A stretch of 64,000 bases of DNA from Podarcis melisellensis (taxonomy: Eukaryota), in NCBI GenBank assembly GCA_964234715.1, contig OZ174279.1. The stretch is one strand, 5' to 3'. The position numbers and the translations under genes were made by a program. Below the pieces are notes generated by a model. The model was not told the origin of the DNA, ran no database searches, and saw nothing but the letters and a program-made list of their open reading frames with translations. This document shows positions 1-11,800 of the stretch, in pieces. Every line of letters begins with the position of its first letter. Position 1 is the stretch's first letter.

Positions 1-110
1 TACTAAAAATGCTTGGAAGTGTTTGGGGTTTTTTTCCAAGCTATCAGTTTATTGGAACATATTATAACAAGCCAGATCGTTGGTCCACCCTAGCTCAGTA
101 TTGTATGCAC

Positions 111-242
111 CAGGTGTGGGAAACCTTTGCTCTTCCCAATGTTGCTGAACTACAAATTTCATCATTCCAAGCAAGCATGGCCAAGGAATGATGGGAATTG
201 CATTTCAGCAACATCTGGAGAGCCAAAGGTTCCTGATACCTG
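111..242. mobile_element. Palindromic hAT-like MITE nested in a SINE
   Basis: cagg...cctg termini, hairpin body (gaactacaa...gatgggaattgc), TSD gtatgcac / gtgtacac; relatives at ~1418-1557, 3022-3157, ~6360-6485, ~14014-14113, ~27862-27984, ~48094-48229. Confidence 0.65.
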
Positions 243-1302
243 GTGTACACCGACTGGCAACAGCTCTCCATGGTTTCAGGCAGGGGAGACTTCCTAGCCC
301 TAGGACTTCCTTTATACAAAGCAGTTTTTCTACCACTGCACTATGGTATTTCCTGCAGGCCTTTTTCCTGAGCTGGAATGCAGCAACTGACTGCAGGGCC
401 AAACTAGACAAAACACCACTCATGCAATTTCTGATGAATGGCATCTTGTCCAGTTTTGTCCTCCGTCCCTGTCATTCCCAGGCTGTGAAGCTATTGCTGG
501 TTGAACTCTGGATGAGCTGTTCTTTGCACCACTGGATGTTTATTTGCAGGCCCAGTGGAGCCATGGGCAGGGAGGGCACCATGTAGAACATTAATTGCAA
601 TAAGATACAGGACAGCAGCATTGGGGTTTAAACATACCACAGCTTTATTGAGAACAGAGGTCAGTCTGTTTTGGCATCGGTATTGGTTGTGTATCCTGAA
701 ATCAACCAGCCCAACATCTGATTGATGATTGGCAGGTTTTACCAAGTTTAAGGGTTGCACTATGATGTGTATCATATCCAGGTAACCTGTAGGTTCACAA
801 TTTGAGGTGCTATGGCCCATCAATCCCTGAGCTGGGCATCTGGACAAGAAGCACCTCCCCGAGGCTCCTGTTAAGGGGCTACCCTGAGACCGTGGAGTGG
901 TCACTGCTTGCTTAGATTAAGGATCCAACCCAATGCCTTATAATCCAGTAATTTGTGACAATTGCTATAAAATGGGCAAAAGCTTCAGATAAGCCCAGTT
1001 AGCCTGAAGGGCAAATTTGTCCCTCGCCTTGAATACAGCAACTGAAGAACTTCCAAAAAAGAGGTGTCGGAACTCACCGCAAACACCTTCCTTGCTCTCT
1101 TATAATGGCAATGGTGTCCACCTGAGAGGTGGTAGAACTGAGTTCTGATGAGTTCCTGCTGGAAAAAAGCCCTGCATAGCATGGTCCACACACACCCCAG
1201 TCCCAGATCTATATAGGTGAACCCCAAACAAGTGAACTGTGTAATAGAAATTGTGTTTCTTATTTGAAGTAATTTGACTGTTTTTTGTTTTGCATAAAAC
1301 AG

Positions 1303-1362
1303 GGTTCACTTGGAATTGGAGAGAAGGGTGAAAGGGGGATTCCTGGCTTTCCTGGATTGCGG
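1303..1362 (+). CDS. COL4A4: COL4A4 exon (~ex15), 60 nt
   Basis: cag|[20 protein letters not shown]|gtgagg. Confidence 0.9.
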
Positions 1363-4300
1363 GTGAGGAAGTTTTAGAATAAGCCAATATAGTTACCATT
1401 TATACATGGCTTTTAAGTAGTGGTTGCCAGTGTGATGCCTTCCAGAAGTTTACTGGACAGAAGCTCCCATGAGCTCCAACTAGCATAGACAATGGTTGGG
1501 GATAATTGAAACTGTCATTCATCAACACCCAGAGGGGCACCATGTTGACTATTCCTGGCTTATAAATACTAGAAAGGCAATTTAACTATACAATAACTTT
1601 CATACTACCAATGCAATATTTAATTTTTATTATTATAGTCTGTATCAGTTTTGAGAAGATTCTGTTGAAGCTTTTGTTGCTTTTAAAGAATTGTTATTGC
1701 AAACCTACTGTAGGAATGCCAGCTGATCTATGCATATCTAGTGGGACTGTTTTCATTGAGCAAGATGGCCCTGATGTTTAAATCAAACCACTAAACTTTG
1801 TTTGCTATTTGGAGTCTCTCTCTCTGTGTGTGCGTTGTTCAAGAAGCACACATTTGAACTTCGCTAGGCACATGGAACTAGACTGTGGCTTATGTCTGAT
1901 TTTGACATCCTAAGACCACATATCCTGGAGTAATTAAATCTGAATATATAAAGGAGACTCTGAACCTCAAAGTCATTTTGTTTGTATTATATTATTAACT
2001 GCAGCCTTTTATTAATGGGAGTTTGGCTTTTTGATCTTAGTCTCAAGAGGTTTTGTCACAGGGCTGCACAAGATACAACATTTCAGTATATAGCTCAGGA
2101 TTGTGGGGTGCTTTTGGAGTACTGTCTTTGGTTTTGAATGCAGATTGTTCCATTTATCATTAACATGTTTTTCTGCCATTAGACATCTTGGGCAAGATCT
2201 ATAAAAAGAAGATATTTGAAGTAAAAAAAAAGTTTAATTTAGTTTCTCATATTGCTCCTAATTACAGCCCTATCTGGGCATCCCCTCCTGGTGATTACCA
2301 TTAGCATGGTCTAGAACTGTAATCTTCCACAGTTCTAGATTCCTTGGAAGCCTCCAAAAGTAGAGGGAGCTCCCTGCTACAGAGGTTTCCCTTGCCAGTA
2401 GACAATAAAGGCTGTGATGGGGTCATGATCATAGGAGCCAGCCCCTAGGGGCCGATGACCCTTCACCCCCCAATAAAAAAAATTATGCCCCCCCCCAAGT
2501 TGATGGCCATTGCCATTCGAATGGTGTGCATGCACCACATCATGTGATCAATTATGCAGCGTGGGGCTTACCTGGGCCTTCCCAATATTTTATTCAAGTT
2601 CGCATCACTGGTCATGATGGACTGGGTAGGGCCTATTAGCTCATCTCGCTCTGAACCTCACAGAGTGGTGTGTGTGTGTGTGTGTGTGTGTACGTGTACT
2701 AGAGAGAGAGAGGGGGAGAATGGCCAGATATGGCTTAGGCAACATTGCAAGGTATTTATACAATTAATTTTTGCTGAAGTAGGGCCAATATGCTGAGATA
2801 CAGCATACTGAGTTCAATAGAATTTATCTCCAATGAGTTGGGTTCTGAGAACTGTTAGTGGAAGAAAACATGCGGAAATGAATTTTCCCATCAACTCTTC
2901 CCCACTGCAACCTCCCAAAATGTTGTCGGATGGAGAATGGGGGGATCACTATGGGAGGGGAGAATTGGCCCAAAGTTGGATAAAGGCACCTTATGCAAAT
3001 ACAACAGGGATTTATGTAACTCTGGGGCAACCAACATGGTGCCCTCCAGCTGTTGTGGGCCACAACTCCCATCAGCCTCAGTCAAGGTGGCTAATGGTCA
3101 GGGATGATGGGAGTTGTAGTTCATAATTTCTGGAGGGCACCACATTGGCAACCCTTGGTCTAACCCAATGTGTTCATCATAATCAGGGTGTTAAAAATAC
3201 CTAATATTATACCTTTTTGTCTCTGTCCTTTTCCATAGGGGAGTCCAGGTTCTTATGGATCATCAGGAATTCCAGGAAGCAAGGTAGCATATATTTATAA
3301 ATAAAACATAAACAATGTCTATAATTTACTAATAAAATAAACCTAATTATAGCATCCATATCCATAGCACACACACCTTCCCTTATTTTGTAAGATGAAT
3401 CAGTGCTGGTGTATTTTAAAAACATTTTTTAAATGTTTGGAATTTCTTTTACCTGCTAAACCCCCACAATTTCAGACCTGTTTTTGAGAGTCTGCGTAAT
3501 GGTGGTTGTTCGGCTCTGAGCTAGCAAACCTTGTCAACGAAACTTCACTTGAAGTGCATGAATTGTCACAGATTAACCAATTTGGGATAATGTCTTACAC
3601 AGTTATCCCCATTAAGTCCCATTAATTACAGTGTAACCTATTTGCACGATAAGCGTTCTTAAGGGACAAACAAATATTGTTTATTTCAGGGTGAAACTGG
3701 AATGGCTGGATTTCCTGGAGAGGATGGGCTTCCAGGAATTAAGGTCAGGTCTCAAATGCAGAAGGTTCTTTATATATCTGTGTTTATACTGTATCAAGCT
3801 TATGTGGAATTTATACCATTCTGTAGCAGAGCAGAGGGGTTATTTTAATTCATTCCATTACCTCTCACTATCACAGTTAATTGTTTCCCTTGGGCTTCTA
3901 TAGGTACAATGTTGTTACATTGCAATAAACCTTTAAATTCTTACAGGGGGACCCAGGAGACAGTGGGCTGCCAGGTCCACCAGGACCTCGAGGAATACCA
4001 CGCCCTGGAATAAAAGGTTTACCTAATATTAAACAATTCAATGCACATTTAATACAATTCATGGTAACATACAATTATGTTAACAACAACCACCACATTT
4101 TCCAATGATCTCCTACAGGTCTTCAAGGAGACCCTGGAGACCCTGGACCTCCTGGAAATGTGGGGGCAGATGGGTTGATGGGCCCTCCTGGTGCTTTTGG
4201 CAGGCAAGGGGAAGATGGAGCCAGTAAGTTTATGTTTAGGGTAAAAGAAAGTTCTATCACCAGCTTTCGCTTCTTTCCATAAAGGTTATGCTGACACATC

Positions 4301-6848
4301 CCAGGATAAAAATCATCTGTAGCAGCCTTTTCATAGTTATGTCTGTGCATTTCTAAGCATTATAGTAAGAGTTTATACAGAATTTTTTTTTTTTTTTTTT
4401 TTAGATGTAGTGAGTTGGCAGGTTTTAAATAACCATATGAGCAGCAAATGTGTTAAAGCATCTTGATTGTTCAAGGTATTCGCTCAGGTTGAACATTTAG
4501 CCTTTATAAGGATTTCATTGCCTTAATAAGATTGTTGAAAAAAGGAGGGGTGGGCTAGGAATTGAACAAAGGTGTGGCAAATTGCTGCCCACTGGGCTTC
4601 CTCAGGTTTCTGTAGTTACTCCAGGTGGTAACACCCCCAAGTGGTCCATATTAGACAACACCAGTGCTGCTCAGATATTCTAAGAAACCAAAACATAATA
4701 AGATCTTTAAATTGATTTTCTTTTTTTAGTTTCTTAATCATTCTAACACCGTTGGGTAAACTATAATATGCCAAAATTTGGTTAAAAACAGTTCCCTTTT
4801 GAAAGGCCCAATCCTGGCACCCAATCTTAGACAAAACCTGCTCCTTGATCTTAGGAGCCATCCTGCAAAAATCTGTGATGACGTCTTCAGAGGTGTCCTG
4901 ATCAGTGCAATTTGGAATGGCCATTTTGATTCAAAACAGTTTCCAAATATAGACAAAAATCCATTCCTCAATTTCAGGATCATGCCAGATTTGGTGATGG
5001 CATCTTAAGAGGTGCCTGGATGCCAAATAAACAAACAAACGATGCCAAATAAACAAACAAAATATGTAGTGTAATTTATAATGCTGTATAGTAGATGTAG
5101 GTATATTGATCAAAAGAATCACCTCAACAATTTGGAGCATGATCTTTCAAACAAAAGGCTTTCCTCAGTCCATTGGGGGCAGTGTTTAGAGGCCATCTTT
5201 AGACAGATTGAAGCTTCTGTTTTTCTCCACTTTTTCTAAATAAAACAATTACTGCAAGGAGAACTCCATGTGCCTGATGAATTGATAGAACTGTTAAAGA
5301 TTATCTCTTCCACTACATTTATCTTTAAGCTTCCTACTGAATTTATAGTTTGCAGCTAGCTTTGAACATGGGGACATAAAGAATACGAACCTCTCTCTGC
5401 TTTTATGATAACTATGGATACAAATGCTACTAATAAGAGGACTTAACACTTTGTTCACATATGCTGAACCTGCCAATGCTTTAAGACCATCTGGCAATAC
5501 TTTTATTTCGGTTCCTTTGCTTGCTGAAGTTAGGTAGGCAGTAAATGGGAAATGAGCCTTTTTTTCGTTCCCAGTGAAATCCTATGCAAATCCAGTCAAA
5601 AATACATTCCATTTTGTTCAGTGGGGCTTACTTCCAGGTAAGTGTATGTAGGATTGCATCCTGCACACATTTACCTGGGAGTTCACTGCTTTGAATTAAA
5701 GTTCAGTGGTAGAACATTTGTCTTTAATTCAGAAAGTCCCAGGCTGAATTCCTGGCGTCTCCAAATACGGCTGACAAAGGCTTGCTAACTGAAACCCTGG
5801 TGAGTTGCATGCTGCCTCTGAATACTAGTTGCTAGAGAACATGAACAGTAAAGTGCAATTGCACTCATATTCTGCTTGTAGTCTTCCAGTAGAAATCTGA
5901 TAGGCAGCTGTGGGAACAGAACCCAGGACTAGGTGGGCCTTTGGTCTAATGCAGTTTCTTGTTAAATCAGTGGGACAAAACTGCCATGTCTTAACTTGAG
6001 GGCCATTGATTTCAATGGGAACTTAAGGTCAACCCAGAATTCCTAGGGCAAGAAATACTCCGAGACGCAATGCCAACCTATTGTTTCCAGAGCATGTGCC
6101 AGTGTTGTAATCCAAACTGGTAAGACTGTTTTGTGCTGTTTTACAACTATTAAGAAAAAGAAAAGAATGAAACGCCAAAACCTGTGATTTGCAGTTCAGT
6201 TTTCTTGTGTGCTTTAGAACAAATAGTTTGAAGATAATTGCTACGGTTGAGGAAATCACTTGAACAGGAATTTGGAGATCAATTGAGCTTCCCTTTCAAG
6301 CCATGCCAGACTATCAGAAGGAAATATTAGTTTAAAACATAAGGAATCCATTATCCTAGATAACTGGGCCTTCAAATGTTGCTTGGCCATAACTCACATC
6401 AACTTTTGCCATTAGCCACACTGGTTGGGGTTGATGCGAGTTGGAATCTTACAATATCTGGAGGCTCCACAGGTTTCCCATCCCTGTTCTAGAATATTCA
6501 GTGAGGTGTAGCTCAAATAATTTGAGTTTTAGAATGTCACACCCCAAATGCAGCTTCTCCCATAGATGGCTTCTCTATGACTTCTACAAGACTCCATGAC
6601 TTGTTCTTTCTTCTCCTCCTCCATAGGTATCCCTGGTCCCAAAGGTATATTGGGAGTACAAGGGCCTCAGGGCTTTCGAGGTGACCCTGGTCTCCCTGCT
6701 ATAGCTGACATGGCACTAGGAAGGCCTGGCTCTCCAGGGTTGCCGGGTTTTCCAGGAACACCAGGAAAGCAGGGCTTGCCTGGACCACCTGGTAAGATGA
6801 GCAAAATACATTGAACATTGAACAAAAATATTTCAACTTGAAGATTAC

Positions 6849-6884
<36 letters not shown>

Positions 6885-8834
6885 GTACCTCGGTTTAAAG
6901 ATGGCCTTGTTTATGAACGATTTGGTTCACGAGCTCCGCAAAACCGGAAGTAGTGTCCCAGTTTGTGAACTTTACCTCGGTCTAAGAATGGAATCCAAAT
7001 GGTGGAAGGGCACAGTGGCGGGAGGCCTCATTAGGGAAAGCGCACCTAGGTTTAAGAACTGTTTCGGTTTAAGAACGGACTTCCGGAACTGATTAAGTTT
7101 GTAAACTGAGGTACCACTGTGTGTATGTATGTGTGTAATATTATTATTGACTATAATTCCACTCATTTCTTTATAAGAGGGGTGGGCCAACTTTGATAGG
7201 TGGGCATGACAACCCTTGCCAGTTATGTAATCCCTTGCACAGGGTTCCCAAGTCCCCAACAACCAGATGATTGTTCGGTGCTCGGAAACTTCAGTGCAAG
7301 AGGCTTTGCCAGCCCTATGGTTGGCACTTTGGGAAGCACTGAGCGTAGGGTTTGCAGAGCGTTCTTTCTCTTCCTCCCCATCATTTGAAGGGGAGCGGAG
7401 GGAGAAAAAACCTTGCATTTAAGTTCAGTTCTGCTCAGTCCTGGGAACAAACACGTACAGAATTGAGCCTTGTTCTCCCTCCGATAATCAGCTTAGCATC
7501 ACGAATGACAGGCATGTAATTGGTAGGGGGTTGACAAGTGGGTGGGGTTTGGGGGAAATGGCCTTGTGGACCAAACTGGTTTCCTACCCCTAATATTCAG
7601 CAATAGTAATTTACCAAGCACTAATAACAGTAATCATTCCAGATATGGGAGAACCAGGCTTATTGCCTTCACTATTTGTCTTCAAAACCTGGCTTCCATT
7701 TATCCAAGGTGGAGTAATACCAGGAAACCACAAACACCAGCAAGGAAGGAGGCTTATGAGGAGGGGCAGAGGCAATGGTAACAGTGCTGCACTTATCAGG
7801 ATGGTGGTGTGCAGGTGGCAGTGAGATCAGGGTTGTTTCAGGTTGGTAGTGGTAGCCCAGCTAATATGTGTGCATCTGCAAGGCCACTGCTGGGCCAGAA
7901 CTCCCCCAAAGTCTCTCCCTCACACCATCTTGGTGACCACAGTGCTGCTGCCAGGAAGACTTTGCAGCCTCTGCCTCACTACCCTCATGAGTCACCTCTG
8001 GAAGAAGCTTTAAGAGGAAGGCTTTCCCCTTCCAGTATAGGCCTCCCCCCCCCCACTGATGTTTGCATTGCAACAGAGCCTCAGCCAAAGATAAAGCATC
8101 TGGGGGGAAGCTGAGGGAGAAAAGAAACAGGTGGAAAGAAGGGCTAAATACCCTCCTCCTTCTCGCTGCTTCTTTATTAGAAATAATAACCTCCTACTTT
8201 GAAGAAGTGAACTCTGAAGGTGGATTGTGGGAATAATATTTTTGTATGTTGCCCAATGATCTATCAACTGCATATGGAATGTGTGTGTGAGGGGGGAATA
8301 TGTCTAAAGGAATCTTAATTTACTCCACTCAGTTCTGTATTGCAGAACTCTAGCTCTGCGTAGCAAGTTAGTTCTACAGTCAGCGGGTGGCGTTGTGGGT
8401 TAAACCACAGAGCCGAAGACTTGCTGATCAGAAGGTTGGCGGTTTGAATCCCTGCAACAGGATGAGCTCCCATTGCTCGGTCCCTGCTCCTGCCAACCTA
8501 GCAGTTCAAAAGCACCTCAAAGTGCAAGTAGATAAAGTACCACTCCAGCGGGAAAGTAAACTGCGTTTCCGTGCGCTGCCTTGGTTCGCCAGAAGCGGCT
8601 TAGTCATGCTGGCCACATGACCCAGAAACTGTACGCTGGCTCCCTCGGCCAATAAAGCGAGATGTGCACCGCAACCCCAGAGTCGGCCACGACTGGACCT
8701 AATGGTCAGGGGTCCCTTTACCTTTACCTTTTTAGCTCTGCGTAGCAAGTTAGTTCTACAGTTTCAGCAACAATTGTTTGAAAACAGTAACACGATTATG
8801 TACTATATAATGTAGAATTGCGTGAGGAGAATAA

Positions 8835-8897
<63 letters not shown>

Positions 8898-11800
8898 TTT
8901 AGTGTTCCAAACTTCAGGAGAAATGGAGAAGAGGATGGATGGGTGAACATATATATCCTATTAAGTAGGAAGTGGGCATCACTTTGGCAGTCAAACAGGC
9001 TTCTGCTGATGTAACCATCTGGTCCTGTAGCTGTCTAACATGTCAGCTCTAAGAACGAGGCCGGGCTGTTTATTTCTTTTTTTTTTAAAGAACGGAGGCA
9101 AATATAACCAATTAAAACAATAAAATATATCTTTTGTAAAATTTCAAGGTGTGGCTTGTACTGGGAGAGGGTCTCCTGGGGCACCAGGCGCTAAAGGCCA
9201 GAAGGGATCACCTGGAGAAAGAGGTGCAAAAGGAGAGAAAGGCAAGTACCTGCATCCCTCACAGAGCAAATGCCTCATCTCAATCAAATCATGTAATTTA
9301 ACCATGACTGTCCTTGAGATAAAAACACAAGTCATAATCGCTTTGTGAACTTGCATTATTTGTCTGGTCCAAAGCCCTGCTTCCTTTGTTCCTATACAGG
9401 GAGTGCAAGTAGCTGCTTATGTGGTGCTGGTCCTTGTGGTGCACCTGGAATACGAGGTCCACCAGGTATCCCTGGAAGAAAAGGAGAAGTAGGGGTACCT
9501 GGAAAATATGGAAGAACAGGTGATCCAGGCTTACCTGGTGCAGTAGGGCCACCAGGTTCCCCAGTGAGTAACTTATAGGCAATATTTTATATTCTGGCAT
9601 ACACAGAGCAGATTGGTCTTTCCTTATGTTGTACATTTCTTTCCTTATTTCTGAGGACTCGGCTTTTATTTTGTCACATTTTGATGCTAATGTTCAGGTG
9701 GATCACACAATGCATACTTAAAACTGTGGGATTTGCTACTTCAAGGTGTGGTGATGACCATCAATGCAGATGGCTTTAAAGGGGGGTTCATGGAGAATAA
9801 GACCTTCAAGCACTACTAGATGTGGTGCCTGTGTATAATAGCAGTCACTGGGGGGGGGGAACAGCAACAGTGGGCTATTGTGCTCAGGTCCTGCTTGCAA
9901 GTTCTCCATAGGCAACTGGTGGTTGGTCAGTGTTGGAAACAGGATATTGGGCGAGATGGGTCTATACTCTGATCCAGCAGGATTCTTCTGCTGTTCTTGT
10001 CAGTGTGCCATGAGAGCAAAACATTGGGAAAGATCTTGATGAAAGGCGCCTGTGGGAGTAGGATGGGGAAAACTCATGGTGTCACTCTGACAGTGGCGGA
10101 GCGACATGTTCCAGCACCCGGAGTGGCGAACAGGCAGGGGCATGGCTGGCGAGCATCCCGGGGATGTGTGGCGAGTGGCACACATCCCGGGGGGGGGGCA
10201 GCTGCAATGGCATCCCTCCCCAGGGATGGCACCCGGTGCGGACCACTCCCCCCACCCCCAACTTCGTCCGCTAGTGCACCCAGATAACCTTTGTTGTAAG
10301 TTTAAAAAGAGAGCATCACACTCCCATCTTGCTCATCTAATAGATGTTTACTTGCTGTCGGATCTCAGCTATTATTTCAATTGACTATAACTTTTTTTTA
10401 TTTCAACACTTGTAAGGGAATACCAGGTCCATTTGGGTTGACTGGTGAAAAAGGTGATAAGGGTGACCCAGCTAGAATAAGAATAAAAGGTAACTATACA
10501 ACGTACTAAACCCATGAGATGTTTTTTCTTTAAACTTGGGGACTGCTTCCAATGGTATATCCAAATTTTGTATTGCGTGGTGTTTGTGGTGTAGAAGCTT
10601 CGCACAAAAGAGCCAACAAATTGCCCTGGGAGTAATAAATAGTAGCCATCTGTCTGAAGTTCTTCTCCAAAGTTATAGTCTGTAAGTGCCATAATTAGAG
10701 TATGTCTTCCATTTCCTCATTTTTGTGATCTATCAATGCAATGAGCTTAGTGCAGTCTGTTCCTTATTCCATGTCCCTCCACTGGTCAGCACTCTGCTCT
10801 TTATGTCATTGTGAAAAATTCACTACCTGGTTAAAGTGGTACCAACTGCCCTAAGATTCTTGTTTAAGTTGTGTCAAGCATCTCCATTCGCACCATCTTT
10901 CTGTTTTTCTGCTCATCCTAATTCACTATGAACCACTTTTCATTTGAAATGTTCACATTCATCCACTTATTCATCTTATTGCAAGATTTTTAGGGTCGTT
11001 CTTTCAAAAAAGAAGAAGACTGAAGTTGCACACATTCATCATAGACACCTCAGTAATTTCTTTGGCTAATGCATTCCACAGAAGAGGAGGAGGAGGTTTC
11101 TGAGCTTATATAATTAATGGAGAAGCTAATTTTTTTCCTCCTCTCTGATTCCTCCTGCACAAAATCCTGTACAAATACCAAAACTCAGGCTTGGCATTCA
11201 TTGTTTTAAGACAGAACTTTTAATATTCTGAACACTAATTAGTAAGAAAAATGCATTTTATCCAAACGCAAAATACTGTCCTATAACTTTTTTGTAAAGC
11301 TGCATTCTTATTGGTTTGCCCAGTTTTCTAGCAGTTTGGGGGCATTTCCTAAAACATTCATGTACCATAGTCTTCAACAGCATGCATGCATGCATGCATA
11401 CATACATACATACATATATTGCATACTGACTGTAATATTTCCATAATTTAAAGGGATAAAAGGACAAAGAGGTCTTCAAGGTGAGCCTGGATTTCCTGGA
11501 AGAAATGGTATTGCTGGCAGGAATGGAGAACTAGGACTGCCTGGTGAAAAGGGCTTTAAGGTATACCTGATTGTTTTGACAGTTCTTTTCCCCTTCATTG
11601 TAACAATGAGGAAGTAAACTAACCAGGAGTTGTCTCTCTGTGTGAAAGGGCTGAGAGTTCTGCGCAGTTCTTATAATCAAAGCCAGCTCCTAAGCTCAGA
11701 ACATGCTAAGTGGCACCCTGTTCTTTACTTCTAACAGTATGCCTTTTGCACCCGGATGTGGTTGTTAGATTATGGGGTTCTAGTGCAAAGCCTCCAATAG

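Noticed and set aside
582-960. Possible solo LTR (TG...CA, AATAAA on the - strand)
   Set aside because: No convincing TSD, second LTR or internal domains; needs a repeat-library search
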